In this document: piece after piece, positions 39,401 through 51,400 of the stretch | How positions within the stretch are numbered: the first letter of the stretch is position 1 | How the letters are laid out: the number at the start of each line of letters is the position of its first letter | NCBI GenBank assembly: GCA_903813345.2 | Contig: CAIIXF020000001.1 | Span: forward strand, 48,484,001-48,548,000 | Reading direction: 5' to 3' | Length of the DNA: 64,000 nucleotides | Origin: Owenia fusiformis | Taxonomy: Eukaryota | Made by a program: the position numbers and the translations under genes | The notes under the pieces: generated by a model | Database searches by the model: none | The model's input: the letters and a program-made list of their open reading frames with translations, nothing else | What the model was told of the DNA's origin: nothing

Positions 39401-42400
39401 TAAATAAATAAAAACAGAGTGCAGCATTTATGCTTGGAAGTTCTCTGATAATTTTTTTTTCATGAATTTCCAATAAACTTGCTTAAAGTTAGATTATGGC
39501 GACAATCTCATATTTCCACATTGTTCAAATCGCTCCTGAAACAACTCTGTCTGAATGTATTGAATTGATTAAAAGTTTGATCGTATATTCTTATCTAACG
39601 AAGTTCTACTTGTTTAAGTAGGTTTGCGTATTGAAATCTGTTCCAGAACTTACTTATAGCATCATATTTTTCTATCGTCTTTTCATTTCACTGAGATATT
39701 TATTTCATATTTCAGAGGTTCGGGTGAGATGATGACACGGTCCCCAGTAAAAGTTACACTTAGTGAGGGACCGTATCATATAGCAAAGTTCAAGGACAGT
39801 ACTCGTGAATTTGACCTCACTAAGGAATCAGACCTATCAGCTTTGAGGAAAGAAGTGGAAATTCGCATGAAAGCAAGCTGCACTGATGGACAGACCATTA
39901 GTAGTGAGGTACAAAAAACTTTGTCCTGGGAAAATCTCAAGTGGTATTCAAGATCTGAATAATACTGTAGAACAAAGTATGTCAAGCAAGGCCAAATACA
40001 ATTTGTTCTTTGTTTAGCATAGGTACTCTGATCAAATAGATAAGTGCTTAAAAGAAATATTTAATTAAATTGTCATGGAACATTGTAATTTAAAGATGAC
40101 CTTGTATGATTTGATTACAGACAATTTCCATGAGTGTGCAAGGGCCAGGATTACAAAGAATTGTCCTCGTTGATTTACCTGGCATCATCAGTGTAAGTAC
40201 ATCTAATAAAAACAAGTGTTTTATAGTTCAATGAAAGTGTGAGTAACATGGAAGCGTAATTCTAAGTATAAATCCTATGTATTAAATAATTAAATAAAGA
40301 TATCCATATCTTAAATGTGTTCATTTATCTATTGCTTAATTTGTGTTTTTAGACAGTTACCAAGGATATGACTGGTGATACAAAAGATAAAATCCGAGGA
40401 CTTTGCAGCACATATATGGAAAACCCAAATGCCATCATTTTATGCATTCAGGGTAAGATATGTTATGTATGTGATTGCAAATGATAGCAAATCAAAATAA
40501 TAAAAAAATTTCACAAAATATTTCCTTTTTTCGTTAAATACGGTTTTTTGAGGTTGGGTTGATTCCATCTTCATATCTTTGTTGTTGACACAATATTATA
40601 ATTAAGTTTGTGTTTAGCTTTCTGATAAAGTGAAATTTCCTTTTGTAGATGGATCAATAGATGCAGAGAGAAGCAATGTTACAGACTTGGTTAGCTCAAT
40701 GGACCCCAGTGGAAAGCGTACCATCTTTGTGCTCACTAAAGTCGACATGGCAGAGAGCAGTCTCTATAACCCAGAGAGGGTGAGCTTTTATGTTATACAT
40801 CAGAGGCGTAGCGTGGATATTTTGTGAGTGTACGCCAGCTCCCCCCAAGAAAACTTGAAAATGATATTGCATTTGAGGCATTCTTGGGCGTTTTAAAACA
40901 CAAATGTTCAACTGATATGGACTAATAACATGCAAATTATTGGCCATTTTTATCCATTTTTAAAGTGAAGCGCAATTCAATATATAAAATCAACTTTTCT
41001 CTTAATTATGAGAGTACGCCATGGCATTTTATGCGTGTATGACGGTATGCCATTGTACATAAACAAATACTGTAACCAGGTTTATAGATTTGAATTGGAA
41101 TTAAAATATCAATTTTTTCACTTTTATAAATATTTTGTCATCATCTCTATTGGGTGCAAATTTGTTAATGAAAACACAGAATGAAGTTCTGCGCTTAGGG
41201 CTGGTGTGAAAAAGTCAGTCTACCTTAGTGGGGATCGAACTCGCTCAATATCTATTTTCTTTTGCCCCATGATCGAACCCGCTCAATATCTATTTTGTCT
41301 TTGACCCATGCTCAAATCCCTTTTATTTGGTCTATGTTTGAATTTATGCCTTCATTCTGAAGTTGAATCTAGTTCATGCCCTAGTTCATGAATCTAGTTC
41401 AACAATCCCTGTGCACTATCAGAAATAGATTGCCAAATGGTTCAACTACAGATAAAAAACTGGTCATAGAAGGCTTCCTTGTCAACTTGTACCCAAGACA
41501 AGTCGTACCCAAGACAACTGGTACCCAAGTTATAATGTGGCTCAAATAAGCCTCAATGTTTTTTTGAATTTAGAAGACATTTTTTTCTTAATGGATTAAG
41601 TAAAGCATTTTGATTTAACTTGAATCCCTTTTTTATTAATAAAAAAAGTGCTTGTTCTCAACAATTTTTGTCAAACATATATTTAAATAAATATAATTAC
41701 AACAATGACTTTTCTACAAATGAATCAAACAATTAATTTAGTGTGTTTCGAGAAAGTTTAAAGGAAGTTTAATCTGTTATTTTATTCCAATTGGAACTAA
41801 ATTGGATTATGTTTGAGTACATGCGTGTCAAAATATATCAAGTATGAATAAGTACCAAAATGATATTTGATATTATATTATTATATATATTATATTATTC
41901 AAAATATATTATTGCTACATGAATATAACTTCTGATAATATGAAATCCTAGACAAATAGATTATCTGTTTAATAAGAAATTAGGCCCAAGATTTGATAAA
42001 TCAATACATTTATAATGATACCATCTTTCAAGATGAATTAAATCTGTCACTTGTTCCAAACACTCATAAACATACAATATTTTGAAAAATGATTATGAAT
42101 GTGTAGAATAAATATATGTCTCTTCACTCGAACATCCAATATAAAATAATAGTTACAATAAATTGACACTCAAAGCTCAAAATGTCACAAAATTAAATCA
42201 ATTTCTTCTGAAAATTCTTCAGACTTCTTAACAGTATATTACAATTATAATATGTATATCTATACACAAGTCATTCCCAGTCCAACTCTTGATTCAAAAC
42301 AAAATATATACTAAGGTACGAGTTGTCTTGGGTACCAGTTGTCTTGGGTACAACTTGTCTTGGGTACAAGTTGACCAATTACCCATAGAATGATACCACT

Positions 42401-45400
42401 TGACTTGCATTGTGCATTGCAAACTTTGTCTTATTTCAGATCAAAAAGATTCTTGATGGCCGACTGTTTCCAATGAAAGCTATGGGATACTTTGCAGTTG
42501 TCACAGGCAAAGGCAATACCAATGACAGCATCCAAACTATCAAAGATTATGAGGAAGGATTTTTCAGGAACTCTAAACTATTTCGGTATGTGTTCCATTT
42601 TTGCTTTGATTGTTGGCTACGGTTGGATTGCTATAGGGATGACTTAGCTGGAGTTTGGTTTCTATAGTGATAAGTTGACTATTGTTGGGTTGTTATAGAG
42701 ATACGTCATGATAAGATGTAACAGGAAGTCAATGTTTTGTGAAAGATAAAGCTAATTTATTTACATTGAAGATACGGTATTGCTATATACGAGTGCAGTA
42801 ATCATTTTCCTATTGGTGTGATACAAGAAAAGTAATAATATACAATATATTTTATATAAGATTTGGTTGCTTTAATCTGCAGCAGTCACATGTTTGTGGA
42901 TTTTGTAATATTTGTTATTAAATACAAGAAGTAATTCTAGCAGTTTGTATGTCATTTTACTTGGGAAGAACCTTCCTTTTTTATCCTTTTTTGCCTTTCA
43001 TATTTGCTATAAGGAATCTAGCAAATTTGAACAACTTAAACTCTGTATATTTTCAAGGCTGCTTTTTCGAAAGAGTAGTAAAAGTTACTACCACGGTTTG
43101 TTAGCTTTGTTGGCCACGTGTACCATGACATACATGCCATGTGGGGACAGTATGGTCCACCTTGATAATGACCAAAAAGATTGGCAATTTGACAATAATC
43201 ATACCACCAGGCACCTTTGAAGAGCTGTGCACAGTTGGTTGTTTCAACTCTATCATTGTCTTGGTCATATGTTGAAAATTTCTGTCCATTATGGTATCTC
43301 ATAGAGTCTCCAGCAGTGCCAGAATATCCAGTGATATTAAGACGGTATTTATCACTCTCATCGGCTATTGAAAATGTGGAATATTCCGCAAACCTAGAAG
43401 CTGGAGTTGTAGGAGGCCAGGCTGTTAGTTCAAATCTAGCTTTAAAGCGACGCTCCTGTAATAAACTTGCAAGATTATCTAATCCTATAAAATGTTCAGC
43501 ATCTATGTCCCCAAAGCCATGTTTGCAATCTGCCCATGGGCGAGTGAAATTAACGCTCCCATCAAATCTCTTGAAAATGTAAGTCCAACCTTGGTCACAG
43601 TAGACACTAAAGATTCTTCGAGCTGTAGTTCTTATTGTTTGCACACCAGTTATGGAAGTGTCTTCTCCACAATCAGTCATATATGCTACAAGAAAATATA
43701 GGCAAATGCAGATTCAATGGCTTGTGTTGCAAATGACACATACGAGAGGCAAAAAAAGAATGGAAAATAGTATAATGATTTTTATTATATAAAGCAGTAA
43801 GAAACCAAATTTTTTTCTATTTTGTAACTGGTAATTGATAAACACATAAAAAACCATGTGCAGTATGGCAAGTGATTTTAGACGGTCACATCTTTCACCA
43901 TGAGTACTTTCTGGGCATAAATACAGTGGTTTTCATTAAAACAATATGTTTTCTTTCAAGTGAAGTATCCATGATGATAAAAATATAAATCAAACAATTC
44001 GAAAAACTATGAATGGGGACCCCATGTCAACATTTTTTTCAAAATATTGAACCTGTTTACTCAAAAGAGGATCTTCTTTTTCTGATTTTTATTGCACGAA
44101 AACATTATTCAACAAGGGGTCTAAGACATGTTCAAAAATAGAATGGTATTAAAAGTCTAGTTTTGAAGATATCAATTTTTGATGACCAAAATTATGCTGA
44201 AAACAATGGATAGCACGAGTTTGCCCTATGGGAAAATAACATGGGATATGTGGTTTTTAACTTTAACTCATTTCAATACCCACCTCCTTTTCAGAAATTG
44301 TTAATATAGTGTTGAGGAGACTTTTGATATAAATTAAGAAAAACAAGATCCTCTTTTTAGAAAATAAGCCTAACATTTTTCAAAAAGTGCCAAGGTGGGG
44401 CCCTAATCCATAATTTTTCAGAGAGTTGGATATTTTACTATCATGGGAACTTCACTTGAAAAAAAAACATATTGTTTCAATAAAAGCCACTGTATTTATG
44501 GCCAGAAAATACTCATGGTGAAAGATATGACTGTCTGAAATCACTTGCCATACTGCACATGGATCTTTACTTGTAGAAACACTTCCAACTTTCTCAAATC
44601 TCTTTAAACATCATAAAGCATCATTCATTCTCTGAATTCATATGTTCTCTAAGTATGATATGTGGGATTCTCTCCTATGCCTGTAATGCTAAATATAAAC
44701 ACTTTGAATCACCATTTTTAACCTCTTGACTACCCAGAGTGACGAGATTTCTCGTCACCTCAGAAATGACCTTGAAACCCAGAGTGACAAGATAATCTGT
44801 CACAAAATTTTTCACTAAAATTGCTCTTATTTGAACAATTTTTATCCAATTTACACAAAAATTGTTTTAAAATGTCTAGAAATGATCTCTGCCATCTAAT
44901 TTTACTAAATTGAACATCATCTGTTGTATATGTATGTAGTAAAATGTCAAAAGCTGGCAAAAATGAAAAATTATCTGGTTTCAACCTATTTTAGTACCTG
45001 GGATTCAAGAGGTTAATGGAAGTAGGTCAATATGACAATTAATATTTAATCAGTTCACCTATCACAAATACAAATGAGCCAAGCCACAGGAAAAGGGGTC
45101 TTATCACAGATTTTTTCAATATTCTTATTTTTTGTTTATCTTAAAAAGCACAAAGAGACCTTTCAAATGAGCCATGACTTGTGTTTTAACAATTTTTCCT
45201 TGCATATGTAGACCAAAAGACAGATTTGAATTAAGCACATTTCCCTCTTAATCTTGGGCACATTTTTGGCTCTGTAGAACAATTTTAATTTTTGTGATAA
45301 GACCGGTTTTCCTATGGTCAGGCTCAAATATTCCATTAAATTGGTCCATATGAAAGCAAGTAATATGCATTAGGTAAAGGAGTATCAAAGTATTTGGGTA

Positions 45401-48400
45401 TGACCTCCCTTTTAATGCTTATATTGTTCTAGATGCTAATTGTTATTAGTGTTACCAACAGGTGGCTGAGTTCCCATTTTCTATTGAAATATATATGTAT
45501 GTATAAAAGATGTTTAATCATCTCTCAATTGTCTCACCTTTAGGTCTTTGGCTGCCTTTTTCCCCTTTAGGTCCACTAGTACCCTGGTCACCTTTAGGTC
45601 CAGCAGTACCCTTGTCACCTTTAGGTCCAGCAGTGCCCTGGTTACCTTTTGGTCCAGCAGTGCCCTGGTCACCTTTAGGACCAGCAGTGCCCTGGTCACC
45701 TTTAGGACCACCTTTGCCCTGGTCACCTTTAGGTCCAGCTACGCCCTGGTCACCTTTAGGTCCAGCATTGCCCTGGTCACCTTTAGGTCCAGCAATGCCC
45801 TGGTCACCTTCAGGTCCAGCAGTGCCCTGGTCACCTTTGGGTCCAGCAGTGCCCTGGTCACCTTTAGGTCCACCTTTACCCTGGTCACCTTTAGGTCCAG
45901 CAATGCCCTGGTCACCTTTAGGTCCAGCAGTGCCCTGGTCACCTTTGGGTCCAGCAGTGCCCTGGTCACCTTTAGGTCCAGCAGTGCCCTGGTCACCTGT
46001 AGGTCCAGCTATGCCCTGGTCACCTTTAGGTCCAGCTATGCCCTGGTCACCTTTAGGTCCAGCAGTGCCCTGGTCACCTTTGGGTCCAGCAGTGCCCTGT
46101 TCACCTTTAAGTGCAGCAGTGCCCTGGTCACCTTTAGGTCCAGCAGTGCCCTGGTCACCTTTGGGTCCAGCAGTGCCCTGGTCACCTTTAGGTCCAGCAA
46201 TGCCCTGGTCGCCTTCAGGTCCAGCAGTGCCCTGGTCACCTTTGGGTCCAGCTATGCCCTGGTCACCTTTAGGTCCAGCAGTGCCCTGGTCACCTTTAGG
46301 TCCAGCTATGCCCTGGTCACCTTTAGGTCCAGCAGTGCCCTGGTCACCTTTGGGTCCAGCAGTGCCCTGGTCACCTTTAGGTCCAGCAGTGCCCTGGTCA
46401 CCTTTAGGTCCAGCAGTGCCCTGGTCACCTTTAGGTCTAGCTATGCCCTGGTTCTGTAGATGAAATATTTGCAAATTATTGTTATGTTATAGTTATTTTT
46501 GTAAATCATGTTCTTGTTTCCGTGATACTAGAAATAATTCAAAATCAAATAATCAGAATAATTATGAAATAATATGATACTCAAGTGATACTCACTGCTT
46601 GTATTTGACTGTAATTGGTCTGTAAATCCTGAACAGTTTTCTCAAGTTCAGATACCCTATGTGCATGTTCCTCTAATCTGTGTATTTGTTCTTTCATTTG
46701 TATATTTTCGTGTCTCCATGTTATGACATCATCGCAAGCTGGCATCAAGCTTTGGATCGCTGAGAATTTTGTGCAGTTTGATGAGATTTTTGAAGTAGTT
46801 TGCTGACAACTAGATAAGCTAACCATTAGCCATAAACCTAAGATATGTTTTAACCCCATGTTGAATTGTTAATCCTTTTTAGGCTTCACAACAATGGTTT
46901 ATATTCTGCTGTTCAGTATCACATGATCAGAAATTATTAGGAGTTCCCTTTTACTTTTATAGGTACAATCATGTATTAGCATTTTTCATGATTTTGTCAA
47001 TATTGTTATTATCATTATCCCATCGAACGAAGTTCGGAGGGATATAGGGAACGCCTCCGTCCGTCCGTCCGTCCGTACGTACGTCCGTCCGTCCGTCTGT
47101 CCGTCCGTCCGGGCATTAACTCAAATACCGTTGACCCGATTTTGTTCATATTTTGTACACATATACCCTATGGGGGTAGAAATTCTGCTCGAAAGCCGAT
47201 TTTCAAAATGGTCGCTCATTTCAAAATGGCGGCCATTTTAGTGCCGATTTTACAGTAATTAAGGTGTAATATGTAAAACTGTAATAGCAATATGTTTTAA
47301 ATGTAAAAAAATTATAAAGGACATTAATAATGCTACAAATGTAGATATTAAAGAAGCACATGGCAGCCATCTTGAAAAATGGCGGCCTTTACTCGTCATT
47401 TTACGATTTTTGCTATAACTCAAAAAATAGTGAAGCGATTTTGTTCATATTTGGTATGTGAATACTATAAGCATTGCACACTGTCTAAAGACACTTTTGG
47501 TAGAAGGCGGCCATTTTGAAAAATGGCCGCCATTTTAACATATTTTACTATAACTCGAAAAGTAGTGGAGCGATTTTGTTCATATTTGGTATGTGAATAC
47601 TTTAAGCATGGCACACTGTCCTATGACACTTTTGGTAGAAGGCGGCCATTTTGAAAAAAAATTGAAAAATGGCCGCCATTTTAACGTATTTTACTATAAC
47701 TCGAAAAGTAGTGGAGCGATTTTGTTCATATTTGGTATGTGGATACTATAAGCATGGCACACTGTCCTATGACACTTTTGGTAGAAGGCGGCCATTTTGA
47801 AAAAAATTTTGAAAAATGGCCGCCATTTTAATGTATTTTACTATAACTCGAAAAGTAGTGGAGTGATTTTGTTCATATTTGGTATGTGAATACTATAAGC
47901 ATGGCACACTGTCTATTTCTAATGACGCTTTTGGTAGACAGTGGCCATTTTGAAAAATGGCCACCATTTTAACGTATTTTACTATAACTCGTAAAGTAGT
48001 GGAGCGATTTTGTTCATATTTGATATGTGAATACTTTAAGCATGGCACATTGTCTAATAAAACTTTGGGGAGTAGTCGGCCATTTTGAAAAATGGCCACC
48101 ATTTTTATGTGTGTTATTTTGCAAGTACGTGTGCGATTTTTCAAAAATTTTAGAGGTGGCTACTTTAAAGCATATTATTTCTTCTGATGACAACTTGGCT
48201 AGTGAGCAACAATTTTGAAAATGGTGGCCTTTCTGGTGTGTTGTTTTATGATATTTGCTATTCGTTTGTAAAAATGCCAGCCATTTCTGTTCGATGGGAT
48301 TCGCTACGCTTTGGCGTTGCCGTTGTTCTTTTTAATTTTTTCCTCTTTCCTTTTTCCTGTTTTTAGCTAGGCATCATCTTTGTCATAATTGGTGTTCAAA

Positions 48401-51400
48401 ACTGAAAAAAGGTCGTATTTCTATTTTTCAAGATCTTGAAAACAATGTTTTAGAAAAATTATCTGCAAGGAGTTATATCTGACATTGGATTTGAGATTTG
48501 CCCTTTTGACATGCAGTGCCCTTCAAAAGTTCAAAAGTTGATTTTTCAGAATGGTGATTTGGATACAAATCTAGGTCAGTTAGATCACAAAATTAGTATG
48601 AGGTTTGTTTCTCATAGCTCAGGACTATTAAAATTTGGGGATCTTAGAGTATAAAGTCTAAAAAATATCAAAATCAACATTTTTCAAGGTCAAATTTTGA
48701 ATTGCTTCAAATTGAAACAATTATTTTTTTTAAAAATAATATTCAAATTGATGTCAGATTTAACCTTCTGATGACTTTCAGAAAGTCAAATTCACCATCC
48801 GGGCCTCCGTAAGATTGATGTTTTCTTTTTTAAGAAACATTTCCTTGTCATTAGGCTAGCATTTGATGTTGAGTCAGAGTAGTTTCTTTCCTTGTCCTAG
48901 CTACTATGGTGATGGAAGATTAGATTGGAATGATTGGTGTATATCTGGGAATCTGGAAATAAAAGAAAATTGTTTTAGATTGTTTAGTAGAATAGAATTT
49001 CAACTGGCATTGTTCACTCTGATGTATAAAGGATTATAATCCTTGGTTATGAACCCAAAGCATTTTAGGTTATTTTTGTAGATTTTTTATATCAAGTAGA
49101 AAAATACACTTTTATGCATTTTTATGTGATTTTTACCTTAACCCTTTGAGATATTTCTTCTTTGCTTTGAACATATTTGTTGTAACAAGACAAGACATAT
49201 TGTTATAGTCACCATTTTTGTGATTGACTTTCATTGTTCATCATTCAGCATTGTCTGACAAGTTGTTACACGTATTTAACCATTTGCAATAACTTATACC
49301 CGGGGGTGACATCTTGTCATATCAATGCTTAATATATTTGTTTTTATTATTTTTCATTTATTTATTTTCAGTGATGGTGTTATGAAACCACATCAGATGA
49401 CGACCCATAATCTTAGCAAGGCAGTCTCAGAGTGTTTCTGGAAGATGGTGAAAGACTCCATAGAACAACAAGGGGATGCATTTAAAGGTAAAATCAACTA
49501 CATAGGATATCCTATGATTTTGATTGATAACATTTTTATGTCACCAACTTTTTTATGACTGCATTTGGCATCCAACATTTGGCATTGGTAACAAATGCCA
49601 GGTGGTGACATTTGAAATGATAATGATGTCTTCCTGAGTTAGCATAGATAAAAGATTTATATATTCCATAGGCCTAGTTCATTATTTATAGAATATCATA
49701 ACATCAAGACTAAAATTCATAATCAATAAGTTTTGTCACACAACTATGCAATTTTCTCCCTAAAATCTGGATACCTTAAATACCAACCCGACCTCCCAAA
49801 TAAGTATAATAAAACTTTAATATTGATTTCATGACATAGTGTTATATACCGAATGGATTACCTTTAAAATGATATATAAATCAATGTATCATGTAGAACA
49901 TAGCTATTTTTATTCTGATTTAAAGTTGGGTATTGTTTTTTTGGCCCACCCTGTATATACTGAGTAAAGTGGACCAATGGTGACCTCACTTTGTATAGAA
50001 AAGTGTAACAGAATGTCTCAAGAAAAAAAGAAAAAATTGTCTTTATTTATGGTGAATGGGAGTTTTAATTGGGAGGTTGTGGGTTTGTGGATGGAATGAC
50101 TTTCACATCAACCATTTGCATAGGATTTGATTTGATGTTTCAAATTGATCAATAATTTCCCCATTCAGGAATGGAACCTGGAAAATTTTTGGCCTGTAAG
50201 ACATGGCTGCTATGCTATATATGTAATGTTGATGTGAGAGAGTCAGTTTGCTCTGTAGCTCAAGTGGTTGAGCTCTCTGGCATGTAATCAGGAGTGTGTT
50301 GGTTCGGTGACTTCTCACAAGCTCTTTGACTTTGATTTGATCATATGTTTCAAATTAAAAGTGAAAGGAATCACTTTTTGGTCTGTGATATAGACTGATA
50401 TAGGATTTCAAGGAAATTCTGCATCTCGTTTTGGGTTTGAATATCATTTTACAAGTGTGTATTTATTTTTAATTACCCTTTGCATTCGTTTGACTTCACT
50501 TCTTCAGAGAGAGCTTCGTCTTCACTCTTTCAAACTAAAATAAACCTGTGAACTCACCGCGCCAATCAGTGTTCGTCGGCCAAATTTGACCGACGTTCGA
50601 TATATGGTCATTCCTTCTGACGTCATCGTTGAGCCCAGAATTGACCAATGGCACGCGCATATTTAATTAGAACGCATTTGGCGTATGTTTCTTCAAGCTC
50701 GCTGATTGGTGGAAGAAAGGTCAGCGCGTAGGTCAGAAGTGATTTATTACCCAAACTGTCACTGGTACCCGTCGTGGGGGCGGGGCTACTAAACTGTAAT
50801 ATGGTCTCTACTAGGCAGAGTGTAGTTTAACTAGACTCTGCACGCAGGGTAATTTTTAATGATCCCTTGACAGTTTGACATCCACTAAAATAAATAAAGT
50901 ATCTAATTACATCAACAAAATGTGTGGAAATGATTTACAGTACTTTTAGAAGGAAGTTAATGATCTAACTCTTACTATCTTACTATCATTTAAAATTTTT
51001 TAAAAGACATTCCAGAAAAAAGAGAAACATCTAGTGTTAGAACTTTTTTAATAAAACAAGTCTATTCTAGCTTCTTACAAAATTCATATTCAGAACCAAG
51101 TAACAGTTTATTAAAAGATACACATACATATACGATTCCTTTATTCGACTAAATTAATAGTTTTCCAATAAAAAATTTTACAATGGCAGTTTCAAACAAA
51201 TGGCAGTTTTTGCATTTAGTGAATGGATGCTTAATGCGAACCCTGAATCGATGTGGGTAAATGCTGAAAGAGAGCCAAACAAACGTTTGCCTCAATTAAT
51301 GTCTTTATTATCACCGATGGCATAAATATGGTTCATCCATTGCACTACCAATTCCAAGATTTTCATGCAACTGTAATTGGTACTTTAAAATGCTACATGA

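Noticed and set aside
44570..44680. Extra exon of the ficolin-like gene
   Set aside because: Stops in all three frames after the candidate AG; exons 2 and 3 already join in phase.
45510..46463. Pro/Trp-rich and Ser-rich plus-strand ORFs
   Set aside because: Antisense and alternative frames of the collagen-like 27-bp array.
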